Shown here: positions 9,448 through 20,125 of the stretch, in pieces
Numbering within the stretch: the first letter of the stretch is position 1
Layout: the number at the start of each line of letters is the position of its first letter
Assembly (NCBI GenBank): GCA_964390655.1
Contig: CAYMIR010000001.1
Coordinates: forward strand, 302 to 64,301
Origin: an uncultured Marinovum sp.
GTDB taxonomy: Bacteria > Pseudomonadota > Alphaproteobacteria > Rhodobacterales > Rhodobacteraceae
DNA length: 64,000 nucleotides
Direction: 5' to 3'
Translations under genes and position numbers: made by a program
The notes under the pieces: model-generated
Database searches by the model: none
The model's input: the letters and a program-made list of their open reading frames with translations, nothing else
Told to the model about the DNA's origin: nothing

Positions 9448-10752
9448 TTGATGCCTAATATTACAAATAAAAGGGTTCTCGCGATAGCAATACCAATTGT
9501 GCTATCCAATATTACAGTCCCAATATTAGGGGTAGTTGACACTGCCGTGGTTGGCCAGTTGGGAAAAGCAGCCCCAGTAGCCGCAGTTGGTGTCGGCGCT
9601 ATAATTATAACGACCTTTTACTGGCTTTTTGGTTTTTTAAGGATGGGCACGACAGGTCTTGTGGCGCAAGCAGTAGGATCTGAAGATGAAAGTGAAGTCC
9701 GGTCATATTTACTAAGAGCGTTATTTTTGGGGTTTTCTGCGGGACTGTTAATTTTTCTGCTGAGAAATGCATTAGTAGATTTTGGTTTTTGGTTATCGCC
9801 CGCTTCGGTTGAAGTGGAAGAATTAGCCGAAAAATATATTTCTATAAGAGTCTGGAGCGCACCTGCAGCCATTAGTTTGTATGGTATAGTTGGTTGGTTA
9901 ATAGCGCTGGAGAGAACGAAAAGTGTTCTTGTAGTCCAGCTTTTTATGAATGGCGTAAATGTTTTATTGGACATTTGGTTTGTTTTGGGATTCAATTGGG
10001 GAATTGAAGGAGTGGCAGTTGCAACAGCGATTGCTGAGGTCTCGGCTTTAATACTCGGACTTTTCCTTTGTTATGATCGTTTCAAAGATAATTCGTGGCC
10101 AAGCTTCCAAGCAATATTTTCGACTGAGCGATTAAAAAATATGCTTTCAATTAATCTTGATATATTTTTTCGCTCAATAATGTTGCAGGCAATTTCTGTT
10201 TCCTTTCTTCTATATGGAGGGAAATTTGGAGATGTGAAATTAGCAGCTAATCAGATCTTGCTTCAGTTTCTTCATGTTGCAGCCCATGGTCTGGATGGTT
10301 TTGCATTTGCTGCTGAAACATTGGTTGGCCAAGCATTTGGTAGGAAAGACCAAACTATCTTGAGAAAAAGTGTGAAAGTTACATCGAAACTTGCATTTTT
10401 ATTGTGCTGTACAATGGCAATCATCTTCTTTTTTATTGGCTCATCTTTAATTGATGTAATGACTACAGCCGAAGACGTTCGATCGGAAGCTAAGGGCTAT
10501 ATCATTTTTATAGTTTTAGTCCCAATCTTGGGAGCGTCAGCCTATATGTTAGACGGAATTTTTGTGGGGGCAATGAAAACTAAAGATATGCGCAATATGA
10601 TGTTTATTAGCGTTATATTTTACTTTTTAGCTTTGATTTTGCTGGTGCCCCATTTTGAAAATATTGGGCTTTGGTTGGCTTTGCTTATCTCATTTGTGGT
10701 TCGTGGAGTAACCCTTGCATTGCGTTATCCAAGCTTAGAAAAATCAATCTAG
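9448..10752 (+). CDS. MATE efflux transporter (DinF-like)
   Basis: PILGVVDTAVVGQLG, FLRMGTTGLVAQA, about 12 hydrophobic segments. Confidence 0.9.
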   Translation: MMPNITNKRVLAIAIPIVLSNITVPILGVVDTAVVGQLGKAAPVAAVGVGAIIITTFYWLFGFLRMGTTGLVAQAVGSEDESEVRSYLLRALFLGFSAGLLIFLLRNALVDFGFWLSPASVEVEELAEKYISIRVWSAPAAISLYGIVGWLIALERTKSVLVVQLFMNGVNVLLDIWFVLGFNWGIEGVAVATAIAEVSALILGLFLCYDRFKDNSWPSFQAIFSTERLKNMLSINLDIFFRSIMLQAISVSFLLYGGKFGDVKLAANQILLQFLHVAAHGLDGFAFAAETLVGQAFGRKDQTILRKSVKVTSKLAFLLCCTMAIIFFFIGSSLIDVMTTAEDVRSEAKGYIIFIVLVPILGASAYMLDGIFVGAMKTKDMRNMMFISVIFYFLALILLVPHFENIGLWLALLISFVVRGVTLALRYPSLEKSI

Positions 10753-10820
10753 GAATTATTCTAAGTCATATTTGATTAATTTTTAGAAGAAAACTTGACC
10801 TTTTTATCAAAGTTCGTCAT

Positions 10821-11165
10821 TTGGCACGAATGTTAATTTTTAAGCTTTTCAGCAAAGACGAATGGCTAAAATTTAAAGCATCAGGTAAAACCGATGGTGC
10901 ACCTATTGATGTTTCAGACGGCTTCATTCACTTTTCTAAGGCTAGTCAAGTAAAAGAAACAGCTGAAAAGCATTTTAAAGGCGAAAAAGATCTGGTTCTT
11001 GTTTCATGTGATGCGGATAATTTTAAATCAGATCTGAAGTGGGAAATTTCAAGAGGAGGAGATTTATTTCCTCATCTTTATCGCCATCTACTTTTTGAAG
11101 ATATTATATCTCAAGTCAAGATACCCAATATAAAAGGTATCCATAAATTTCCGGATAACTTTTAA
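10821..11165 (+). CDS. DUF952-family protein
   Basis: DGFIHFS, WEISRGGDLFPHLY. Typical pyrD neighbour; start probably ATG 10830. Confidence 0.85.
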   Translation: MARMLIFKLFSKDEWLKFKASGKTDGAPIDVSDGFIHFSKASQVKETAEKHFKGEKDLVLVSCDADNFKSDLKWEISRGGDLFPHLYRHLLFEDIISQVKIPNIKGIHKFPDNF

Positions 11166-12223
11166 TGAGTTTTTTTGAAAATGCTGGGTTAAAATTATTA
11201 AGACTCTCAAACCCTGAATTTGCTCATAACGTTGCTATTAAAGCACTAAATTTACGGTTGGCTCCAAAAGCTGAGGCCTTAGTTTTTGAAAACTTAAAAA
11301 CATCAGTATGTGGTTTAAAACTTGATAACCCGATTGGTTTAGCAGCTGGTTTTGATAAAAATGCAGAGGCAGTGGATCCGCTGCTCAAGTGTGGTTTTGG
11401 TTTCATCGAAGTGGGTGCAATAACTCCCAAACCCCAGCTAGGAAACCCTAAACCCAGATTATTCCGTTTACCAGAGGATCAAGCAGTTATTAATAGATTT
11501 GGTTTTAACAATTTGGGAATGGAAATCGCATCAACACGATTAGCAAGACGAACGGCAAAAGGCATCGTTGGCATCAACTTGGGCGCAAATAAAAATAGTG
11601 AAGATAGAATAAAAGATTATATTAAAGTTTTGAAGTGTTGTGGACCTTTTGTTGATTTTGCAACAGTTAATGTAAGTAGCCCAAACACTGAAAATTTACG
11701 GATCCTTCAAGAAAAAAAATCTTTGAAAATTTTGTTAGATCAAGTCATGGAGTGTCGTGATAATCTAAAAGTTAAAGTCCCTATTTTTTTAAAGATTGCT
11801 CCAGATCTTTCTTTAAACCAAATTGATGATATAGCGGAAACCGCTCTCAAAATGGATATTGATGCAATTGTGGCAACTAACACCACGTTAGATCGGAAAG
11901 GTGTTAAAAATAGAATTAAAAATGAAAAAGGTGGCCTATCAGGTAAACCATTATTTTCAAAATCCACCTGGGTACTGGCGCATTTATCAGAACGTTTAGA
12001 TAATCAGATCCCACTAATCGGAGTGGGAGGTGTCTCAACTGCAACTGAAGCATACCAAAAGATACTCGCCGGCGCGTCAGCTGTTCAGCTATACACTGGT
12101 CTTGTATATCACGGCTTTAGTTTGATTTCTGAAATTAATAAAGGGTTAAGCGCAATATTATCCAGAGAACGAATTAATCACTTAACTGACATCGTTGGTA
12201 AGGAGCGGCACAGCTTTTTATAG
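11165..12223 (+). CDS. pyrD: Quinone-dependent dihydroorotate dehydrogenase
   Basis: GLAAGFDKNA, NRFGFNN, NVSSPNT, KIAPDL, GGLSG. Confidence 0.96.
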   Translation: MSFFENAGLKLLRLSNPEFAHNVAIKALNLRLAPKAEALVFENLKTSVCGLKLDNPIGLAAGFDKNAEAVDPLLKCGFGFIEVGAITPKPQLGNPKPRLFRLPEDQAVINRFGFNNLGMEIASTRLARRTAKGIVGINLGANKNSEDRIKDYIKVLKCCGPFVDFATVNVSSPNTENLRILQEKKSLKILLDQVMECRDNLKVKVPIFLKIAPDLSLNQIDDIAETALKMDIDAIVATNTTLDRKGVKNRIKNEKGGLSGKPLFSKSTWVLAHLSERLDNQIPLIGVGGVSTATEAYQKILAGASAVQLYTGLVYHGFSLISEINKGLSAILSRERINHLTDIVGKERHSFL

Positions 12224-12264
12224 GTAGTGAAAAGAGAACTGTGAAGTGCCCCTTTATAATAATT

Positions 12265-13563
12265 TTAGAGATTAGGGTAAAGGGGGTATTTAGCACAAAG
12301 TACCGCGACTTCGGACTTAACCTTTTCCTCAACTGCATGGTTCCCTTCTTCTCCGTTTAAGGCCAGACCATCAACAACTTCAATAATCCATCGGCCGATT
12401 TGGCGGAAGTCATCTTCGCCAAAGCCACGGGTTGTTCCTGCTGGCGATCCCAACCTAATACCAGATGTAACAGCTGGCTTTTCGGGGTCAAAAGGCACAC
12501 CGTTTTTGTTGCAAGTGATGTGGGCGCGTTCTAGAGCCTTTTCCGTTGCATTCCCTTTTACACCCTTTGGTCTTAGGTCAACCAACAAAACATGTGTGTC
12601 AGTACCGTGCGTTACGGTGTCTAAACCGCCCTTTATTAGTTCGTCTGACAATGCCTGAGCATTCTTAATTACTTGTTTGATATAATGCTTAAAATCTGGC
12701 TTTAATGCTTCTCCGAAGGCGACTGCCTTAGCTGCAATGACATGCATTAATGGGCCACCTTGAATACCCGGGAAAATAGCAGAATTGAATTTTTTTGCTA
12801 AGTCAGCATCATTTGTAAGGATCATACCTCCCCGTGGGCCTCGGAGTGTTTTATGCGTAGTTGTAGTAGCGACGTGGCAATGTGGGAATGGCGACGGGTA
12901 TTCTCCAGCAGCTATCAGTCCAGCAAAATGTGCTACATCCGCTAAAACGTAAGCTCCTACACTGTCAGCGATGCCTCTGATTCTCGCAAAATCAATTGTT
13001 CTGGGTATTGCAGACCCACCAGCGATAATCAATTTTGGATTATGTTCTTTTGCTAGTTCCTCAATTTGGTCGTAGTCAATCAGATTATCTTGTTTTCTAA
13101 CGCCATACTGTACTGCATTAAACCACTTTCCCGATTGATTTGGTTTTGCACCGTGTGTCAGGTGACCACCTGCGTCTAGTGACATCCCTAAAATAGTATC
13201 GCCGGGCTGTACTAATGCTGTAAATACGCCTTGATTAGCCTGACTTCCGGAATTTGGCTGAACATTCGCAAAATCGCAGTTGAACAATTTGCAAGCGCGC
13301 TCTATTGCAAGGTTTTCAGCAATATCTACGTACTGACAACCGCCATAGTATCTGCGTCCAGGATAACCTTCAGCATATTTATTTGTCAGAGCGCTTCCCT
13401 GCGCTTCCATAACAGCTGCTGAAACAATATTTTCGGATGCAATTAATTCAATCTCATCCCTCTGACGGCCTAGCTCCGAAGAGATAGATGCGAATAATTC
13501 AGCATCGCTTTCTGCTAAAGTATCAGTAAAAAAGCCACTATTGTTATTAAATTGATCTAACAT
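12265..13563 (-). CDS. glyA: Serine hydroxymethyltransferase
   Basis: [35 protein letters not shown]. Confidence 0.98.
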   Translation of the reverse strand: MLDQFNNNSGFFTDTLAESDAELFASISSELGRQRDEIELIASENIVSAAVMEAQGSALTNKYAEGYPGRRYYGGCQYVDIAENLAIERACKLFNCDFANVQPNSGSQANQGVFTALVQPGDTILGMSLDAGGHLTHGAKPNQSGKWFNAVQYGVRKQDNLIDYDQIEELAKEHNPKLIIAGGSAIPRTIDFARIRGIADSVGAYVLADVAHFAGLIAAGEYPSPFPHCHVATTTTHKTLRGPRGGMILTNDADLAKKFNSAIFPGIQGGPLMHVIAAKAVAFGEALKPDFKHYIKQVIKNAQALSDELIKGGLDTVTHGTDTHVLLVDLRPKGVKGNATEKALERAHITCNKNGVPFDPEKPAVTSGIRLGSPAGTTRGFGEDDFRQIGRWIIEVVDGLALNGEEGNHAVEEKVKSEVAVLCAKYPLYPNL

Positions 13564-13733
13564 CTAAAATTCTCCCGAGTCGAAGGTTCGCAAGTCGGTT
13601 CATTACATCAAACAACGCTAGTTAAAAAGCCTAAAAATTAATTAGTGCATGAAAATAGCATGTCATCACTGGTACTTTTCGCAAACTTATGCTTGTCTAT
13701 AAGGGTAAATGGATTTCAAAAAGATTAAGTTAA

Positions 13734-14495
13734 ATGGGTCAAAAAATTGCTTTTACATCCAGTGAAGAAAAAATTGCCACTGAAGCTATGGATACGCTTA
13801 TTAAGCTTTATGATAACTGCGCCTTGGAAGAAGCAGACGTAATCGTTGCGCTTGGTGGCGATGGTTTTATGTTGCAAACCCTTCATAATACTCAAGATTT
13901 ATCAGCTCCGGTTTACGGGATGAACTGTGGAACGGTTGGTTTTCTTATGAATGCTTATGATGAAAAAGGCTTAATTCAACGCTTGGAAAGCTCAGTAGAG
14001 GAAAAGCTAAACCCATTGAAGATGGAAGCGATTACCACTGATGGTATTGTGAAAACTGCTTTAGCGATCAATGAAGTGAGCTTGTTACGTGCCGGACCAC
14101 AGGCAGCTAAGTTATCGATTTCAGTTGATGGAAAGACCCGTATGTCAGAGTTAATTAGTGATGGTGTTTTATTGTCTACACCCGCGGGAAGTACTGCGTA
14201 TAACTATTCTGCAACCGGTCCAATTTTGCCAATTGGTTCCGATGTTTTGGCACTTACTGCGCTAAATGCTTTTCGTCCACGACGATGGCGTGGCGCTTTG
14301 ATACCTAAAAGATCACGGGTCGAAGTGGTTGTATTAGAGCCAGAAAAAAGACCTATTATGGCAGATGCTGACAGTAGAAGTGTCAAAAACGTAGCACAGG
14401 TTAATATTAGCAGTGCTGGTGATATTCAACATCGAATACTGTTTGATCCAGGCCATGGTCTGGAAGAAAGATTAATCTCCGAACAATTCAGTTAA
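13734..14495 (+). CDS. nadK: NAD kinase
   Basis: GGDGFML, NEVS, STPAGSTAYNYSA. Confidence 0.94.
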   Translation: MGQKIAFTSSEEKIATEAMDTLIKLYDNCALEEADVIVALGGDGFMLQTLHNTQDLSAPVYGMNCGTVGFLMNAYDEKGLIQRLESSVEEKLNPLKMEAITTDGIVKTALAINEVSLLRAGPQAAKLSISVDGKTRMSELISDGVLLSTPAGSTAYNYSATGPILPIGSDVLALTALNAFRPRRWRGALIPKRSRVEVVVLEPEKRPIMADADSRSVKNVAQVNISSAGDIQHRILFDPGHGLEERLISEQFS

Positions 14496-14515
14496 GATAG
14501 AAAAAGATAAAAGAA

Positions 14516-16405
14516 TTATTTTGCATATCCAAGAGACTGTAATGAAACTTTTATCTCATCTAAAATTGTTGAATCATCAATTGTTGCTGGCATTTTGAAT
14601 TCCTGACTGTCAGCAATTTTGACCATAGTGGCCCGTAAAATTTTTCCTGATCGAGTTTTTGGCAAACGGGGAACTATTGTTGCTAGCTTGAATGAAGCCA
14701 CAGGCCCAATTTGATTGCGTACCAATTTAATACATTCACTTACAATTTCTTCATGAGGTCGATTAACACCTTTAGTTAAACATAAAAACCCCAAAGGAAC
14801 TTGCCCTTTAAGTTGATCTGAAACACCGATAACAGCACACTCTGCGACGTCTGCGTGATTAGATAAAGCTTCTTCCATGGCTCCTGTTGATAACCGATGG
14901 CCAGCAACATTTATTACGTCATCTGTCCTAGCCATAATATAAAGGTAGCCTTCATCATCTATCAATCCAGCATCACCAGTTTCATAGAACCCTGGAAATG
15001 TAGAAAGATAAGATTTTTTAAAGCGTTCTTCGGCGTTCCAAAGGGTTGGTAAACTTCCTGGTGGAAGCGGTAGTTTTATAGCTACTGCTCCCAATTCACC
15101 ATTGGGCAATTCATTTCCACTATTGTCTAATATTTTTACTTCGTAGCCTGGCATGGGCACAGATGGACTCCCGACCTTTATTGGAAGGCTCTCTATTCCC
15201 GTTGGATTGCCAACAATTGTCCAACCTGTTTCGGTCTGCCACCAATGGTCAATCACTGGTACGCCCAATAGATTTTGGGCCCAATTTATCGTATCAGGAT
15301 CGGCACGTTCTCCCGCTAGAAATAGCGCCTGCAAACAGCTTAAATCATATTGTGATTTAAATTCACCTTCAGGATCTTCTCTTTTTATTGCTCGAAACGC
15401 TGTTGGAGCAGTAAAAAACGCTTTTACTTTATGTTCGCTTATAACCCGCCAAAACGTTCCTGCGTCAGGAGTTCCAACAGGCTTACCCTCAAACAAAACA
15501 GTGGTATTTCCATGAATTAAGGGTGCGTAGCAAATGTAACTGTGTCCAACGACCCAGCCAACATCAGAAGCCGCCCAGAAAACATCTCCCGGATCTACGT
15601 TGTATATATTTTTCATGCTCCAATGTAGTGCCACTAGATGCCCAGCGGTTGGTCTTACCACTCCCTTAGGTGCCCCAGTTGTTCCAGATGTATATAAAAT
15701 ATATGCGGGGTGATTTCCTTCGACCATCACACAATTAGCTGGTTCTGCATTTAATTGGAATTCGTCCCAGTCAAAATCTCTACCAGGTATTAAACTTGCT
15801 ATTGCTTCTGGCCGCTGCAATATCACAACACTTTCTGGCTTGTGCTCAGAAAGCTCAATAGCATCATCTATTAATGGCTTATACTCAATAATTCGACCTG
15901 GCTCGATGCCGCATGATGCCGCCAATATGGTTTTGGGTTGAGCATCATCAATTCTTACTGCAAGTTCATTTGAAGCAAAACCACCAAATACAACAGAATG
16001 AATTGCTCCAATTCGAGCGCATGCTAACATGGCCACAATGGCTTCTGGAACCATCGGCATATAGATGATTACTCTGTCACCTTTTTTAATCCCTTTGTTG
16101 ATGAGAGAGCCCGCTAAAACGCTCGTTCTTTCTAGTAGCTCCGCGTAAGTAATATGCTCTTTCTTTTCCGTGATGGGGCTATCATAAATGATAGCAGTTT
16201 GATCTCCACGACCATTGTCGACATGCCTATCTACGGCATTGAAGCATGTATTTACATAACTATCGGTATACCACTCAAATAAAGGAGCATTGCTTTCATC
16301 TAAAGCAAAGGTTGGTTTTTGTTCCCAGTCTATATTTTCGGCTGCGTCCATCCAAAAACTCTCTGGATCTGCTTGCCAGCTTTTATAAGTTGAATGATAG
16401 TCCAT
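14516..16405 (-). CDS. prpE: Propionyl-CoA synthetase
   Basis: YTSGTTGAPKG, ASDVGWVVGHSY, DHWWQTETG, LPKTRSGKILR. Confidence 0.9.
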   Translation of the reverse strand: MDYHSTYKSWQADPESFWMDAAENIDWEQKPTFALDESNAPLFEWYTDSYVNTCFNAVDRHVDNGRGDQTAIIYDSPITEKKEHITYAELLERTSVLAGSLINKGIKKGDRVIIYMPMVPEAIVAMLACARIGAIHSVVFGGFASNELAVRIDDAQPKTILAASCGIEPGRIIEYKPLIDDAIELSEHKPESVVILQRPEAIASLIPGRDFDWDEFQLNAEPANCVMVEGNHPAYILYTSGTTGAPKGVVRPTAGHLVALHWSMKNIYNVDPGDVFWAASDVGWVVGHSYICYAPLIHGNTTVLFEGKPVGTPDAGTFWRVISEHKVKAFFTAPTAFRAIKREDPEGEFKSQYDLSCLQALFLAGERADPDTINWAQNLLGVPVIDHWWQTETGWTIVGNPTGIESLPIKVGSPSVPMPGYEVKILDNSGNELPNGELGAVAIKLPLPPGSLPTLWNAEERFKKSYLSTFPGFYETGDAGLIDDEGYLYIMARTDDVINVAGHRLSTGAMEEALSNHADVAECAVIGVSDQLKGQVPLGFLCLTKGVNRPHEEIVSECIKLVRNQIGPVASFKLATIVPRLPKTRSGKILRATMVKIADSQEFKMPATIDDSTILDEIKVSLQSLGYAK

Positions 16406-16553
16406 TTATTGTCTCCGTCACCGATGGCAGTGTTAAAGCGTGAAATTAAACCTAGAGCAAGACACCAATTTTTTGATACCTCTCTAACTTTTCTGGACAA
16501 TTTTCTGCGAGCAAGTGTAATTTTACTTTAGAGCAGAATAAGAAGTTTAATTT

Positions 16554-16832
16554 ATGGACAGAGAAATAGCAGAAACAAAGGCGCTAGAAGTATTAACTTG
16601 GGTTTTATCTGAGGATGACTTGATACAGGTATTTATGGGTGCAACGGGTGCATCCCAAAATGATTTGCGTTCAAATACTTTAAGTCACGAATTTCTACTC
16701 TCTATATTAGATTTTGTGTTAATGGATGATAGATGGGTTATTTCTTGCAGTAAATTTTTGAATATCGATCCTTCTCAAATAAAATTAATAAGGATGTCAT
16801 TGGATGGTGGCCAAGAGGTGACTTGGACGTGA
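16554..16832 (+). CDS. DUF3572-family protein
   Basis: AETKALEVLTWV...FMGATG...ILDFVLMDD pattern. Confidence 0.75.
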   Translation: MDREIAETKALEVLTWVLSEDDLIQVFMGATGASQNDLRSNTLSHEFLLSILDFVLMDDRWVISCSKFLNIDPSQIKLIRMSLDGGQEVTWT

Positions 16833-17542
16833 ATGAAAAGCTATCATTAATAAAAGGCCTTTTGTTTGATAAGGACGGTACTCTTTTTGAATTTGAAAAA
16901 ACTTGGAATTCTTGGACATCAAGAATCTTATGTGAAGTCTCTAAGCAATCTGGTGTAAGTATTGATGAACTCGCTGAGTCTATCGATTTTGATCTAAAAA
17001 CGGGGAAACTTTTGCCTCAGAGCATCGTAATTGCTGGTACGCATCGGCAAGTGACAGCCGCCCTCCATAGCAAATTGCCAAATTGGGATTTTGATGATCT
17101 CGAAAGTTACCTTTTGGATATTGTAATTGAAACGCCCCAGTACGAAGTGGTGCCTTTACAAACGTTCTTTCAGAACCTTAAATCACAAGGTTTTTTCATT
17201 GGGGTGATGACAAACGATGCTGAAAAAGGAGCTCAGGCTCATTTTGAAGCGTTAGGAATACTTGATTTATTAGACTTTTTAGCAGGCAGTGACACTGGTT
17301 ATGGTTGTAAGCCTGCCCCAGAACCATTGCTAGCTTTTGCTGAGAAAACAAACTTAAAACCAGATGAGATAGCGATGATCGGAGATAGCTTACACGATTT
17401 GCAGGCTGCGGATGCGGCTGGAATGATGAGAATTGCTGTTTTAACTGGCATGGCGACTGAAAGCCAACTAGAAAATTATTCTGATATAGTGTTACCTTCT
17501 GTTGCTGATCTTTCTGACCTATTATCAAAAAATTCTGTTTGA
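16823..17542 (+). CDS. HAD-family hydrolase (phosphoglycolate phosphatase-like)
   Basis: FDKDGTL, MTND, KPAP, IGDSLHD. Confidence 0.9.
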   Translation: MDVNEKLSLIKGLLFDKDGTLFEFEKTWNSWTSRILCEVSKQSGVSIDELAESIDFDLKTGKLLPQSIVIAGTHRQVTAALHSKLPNWDFDDLESYLLDIVIETPQYEVVPLQTFFQNLKSQGFFIGVMTNDAEKGAQAHFEALGILDLLDFLAGSDTGYGCKPAPEPLLAFAEKTNLKPDEIAMIGDSLHDLQAADAAGMMRIAVLTGMATESQLENYSDIVLPSVADLSDLLSKNSV

Positions 17543-17544
17543 TT

Positions 17545-17579
17545 GCGACGTGAAGCGTCGGGAAAAGACAGGATATAAT
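17545..17579 (+). promoter_or_regulatory. Putative operator CGACG-N5-CGTCG plus -10 TATAAT upstream of the MttB gene
   Basis: Inverted repeat at 17546-17560, TATAAT at 17574-17579. Confidence 0.45.
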
Positions 17580-17619
17580 TTTTTTAAAAGTGCTCTGTTC
17601 TTTTAGGGAGTTAAGCTGA

Positions 17620-19179
17620 ATGAACGAACAGGGTCAAAAGCGAAAAAGGGGAGGTGGCAGGGCTGGCAACGCCCAAAGGCGTGGGTTGGCTTCGATAGAA
17701 CAAATGCCGTGGCATTTGCCAGTTAATAATGACCCACCAACAGAGCCATTAAATGAAGATGGCGTTATGGCAATTCATGACGGAGCAATGCGTATTTTAG
17801 AGGAGATTGGTGTTGAATTCCTAAATGAAAAGGCTTTGCACATATTGAAAAAGGCGGGATGTAAAATCAGCGAACAAAATGTGCGTATGGATCGCCATTT
17901 TATAATGGAAATGGTAGCAAAATCTCCATCGACGTTTGAAATAACTCCGCGTAACGTAAAGAGAAAAATCACCGTAGGCGGTCCTCATATTTTATTCGGC
18001 AATGTCTCGTCTCCGCCTGCATATTGGGACTTGGAAATGGGTAAAAAAATACCTGGCTCAAGGGAGACGTTTGCTGATTTTTGCAAGTTAAGCCAATACT
18101 TTAATTGTATTCATTTTCTTGGTGGTTATCCAGTAGAGCCCGTTGATCTGCATCCAAGTACAAGGCATTTAGATGCTGTTTTCGATAAATTGATTTTATC
18201 TGATAAGGTAGCTCATGCCTACAGTTTGGGCAAAGAGAGGGTTGAAGATGTGATGGAAATGGTACGCATCGCAGGAAATTTGAGCCATGAGGAATTTGAG
18301 ACCAGTCCTAAAATGTTTACCAACATAAATTCAACGTCTCCACTGAAACATGATGAGCCTATGCTAGATGGCTGGATGAGATTAGCAAAAAAAAATCAGG
18401 CACTTATTGTAACGCCGTTCACTTTGGCAGGCGCCATGGCTCCCGTTACAATGGCTGGGGCAGTCGCTCAATCCATAGCAGAAGCTCTATGCGTGGTTGC
18501 TTTGGCTCAATATATTCGACCTGGGGCAGCATGTGTTATCGGAACTTTTACTTCGAATGTTGATATGAAATCTGGTGCGCCTGCTTTTGGAACTCCAGAA
18601 TATATGCGAGCCACGCAAATGACAGGGCAACTTGCCAGATTTTATGGTTTACCGATGCGATCTTCTGGAGTCTGTGCTGCTAATGTTCCTGATGGTCAAT
18701 CAGTTTGGGAAACCTCTAATAGTTTATGGGCTGCGGTTCAATCTGGTACTAACTTAGTTTATCATGCTGCAGGTTGGTTAGAGGGAGGGTTAATTGCTAG
18801 TCCTGAAAAATTTGTGATGGATTGTGAAATTATCCAACAAATTCAAAGGTATTTTGACCCTATGCTCACAGCAACTAAAACAGAAGATATAGCAGTTGAT
18901 GCTATCAAAGAGGTTGGAAACGATGGGCACTTTTTTGGAATTCAACACACTCAAGATCGTTATTCAGAAGCTTTTTATCAGCCATTTCTTTCTGATTGGC
19001 GAAATTTTGAAGCGTGGGAAGCAGCTGGGGGTACTTGGACCGCAGAACGCGCTCACAAAAAATATAAAATGATTTTAAACGAATTTGAGGCGCCACATTT
19101 GGATCAAGGCATCAAAGAAGAGCTGGAAAGTTTTATTGCACGTAGAAAATCTGAGGGTGGAGCACCGACTGATTATTGA
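17620..19179 (+). CDS. Trimethylamine methyltransferase (MttB) family protein, non-pyrrolysine
   Basis: INSTSPL, TPFTLAGAMAPVT, VDMKSGAPAFGTPE, HAAGWLEGGL. No internal TAG. Confidence 0.9.
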   Translation: MNEQGQKRKRGGGRAGNAQRRGLASIEQMPWHLPVNNDPPTEPLNEDGVMAIHDGAMRILEEIGVEFLNEKALHILKKAGCKISEQNVRMDRHFIMEMVAKSPSTFEITPRNVKRKITVGGPHILFGNVSSPPAYWDLEMGKKIPGSRETFADFCKLSQYFNCIHFLGGYPVEPVDLHPSTRHLDAVFDKLILSDKVAHAYSLGKERVEDVMEMVRIAGNLSHEEFETSPKMFTNINSTSPLKHDEPMLDGWMRLAKKNQALIVTPFTLAGAMAPVTMAGAVAQSIAEALCVVALAQYIRPGAACVIGTFTSNVDMKSGAPAFGTPEYMRATQMTGQLARFYGLPMRSSGVCAANVPDGQSVWETSNSLWAAVQSGTNLVYHAAGWLEGGLIASPEKFVMDCEIIQQIQRYFDPMLTATKTEDIAVDAIKEVGNDGHFFGIQHTQDRYSEAFYQPFLSDWRNFEAWEAAGGTWTAERAHKKYKMILNEFEAPHLDQGIKEELESFIARRKSEGGAPTDY

Positions 19180-19200
19180 TTTATTAATAAAATCATAATT

Positions 19201-20064
19201 TTAAACTTTCTTTAATTTGTACAAATTAAAAAGATTGAAAAAAGATAAGGCGCTGACAACTATACATCCGCCAAGAATAGCATATTGGCCCGGGTATTCA
19301 CCTAAAACGAACCAAACTAAAATTGGGGCTAAAACAGATTCTAACAAAACAAGTAATGAAACTTCTGAGGAACTGATGAAACGGGGACCCAGTGTAAGTA
19401 AGCAAGAAGAAGCCCCAATGATAGTTCCATGCATCAAAATTAGGTTCCAATCTTCAGCCTGAACTTCGAATGGTGAAATAAAGAAAGATAAAACTAACGC
19501 GCCTCCGATGTATCCAAATGGAATTGCAGGTATCATCGAAACTGCTCTCGCGGAGCGAACGGCTGTTAACGCTGCAGCAAAGGCAACAGAAACGTAAACT
19601 GCCCAGATGTCTCCTTTCCATGATGCAATTTGAATTTTTGTTGAACCATAAGCAATAAAAAATAATCCAATTGCCACTACCGCCATTGTAAGGACCATCA
19701 AAATTTTTATTGGCTCACCTAAAAATATGCGACTAAATATTGTGGCAAAAACTGGCATTGAGGCTAATATAAAGACGACATTTGCTACGCTGGTATTTGT
19801 AACCGCTATAACAAATGCGGGAGCTGTGCTTGCTATTAAAACTGCATATATTAAGCTAGGAAATCCAGCTTTAACAACATCTCTAAAACCTTGAACACCA
19901 TAGAGAAAAACAACAATAAAAAGCGCAAAAATACCAGAAATTAAGCTTCGCCAAAATGCTGTCACCATTGGCTCAGCAGAAATTAACCTTACGAATAAAG
20001 AGTCAGGTACAACGAGTAAAACACCGCATATTGTTATCAATAAACCTTTAAGTTTCCCGTTCAA
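19201..20064 (-). CDS. DMT/EamA-family transporter
   Basis: About 10 hydrophobic segments, IFLGE and LLESVLAPILVWFVLGE repeats. Confidence 0.85.
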   Translation of the reverse strand: MNGKLKGLLITICGVLLVVPDSLFVRLISAEPMVTAFWRSLISGIFALFIVVFLYGVQGFRDVVKAGFPSLIYAVLIASTAPAFVIAVTNTSVANVVFILASMPVFATIFSRIFLGEPIKILMVLTMAVVAIGLFFIAYGSTKIQIASWKGDIWAVYVSVAFAAALTAVRSARAVSMIPAIPFGYIGGALVLSFFISPFEVQAEDWNLILMHGTIIGASSCLLTLGPRFISSSEVSLLVLLESVLAPILVWFVLGEYPGQYAILGGCIVVSALSFFNLFNLYKLKKV

Positions 20065-20125
20065 TTAAGATATCCATGTGAGTTAGTAAAATTTAAGAAA
20101 TTAACCATGCAAATATTTGATTAAA

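Noticed and set aside
13564-13733. Riboswitch (ZTP/THF/glycine) upstream of glyA
   Set aside because: No conserved aptamer motifs recognised
17620-19179. Pyrrolysine recoding in the MttB gene
   Set aside because: No in-frame TAG and no pyl genes in the window
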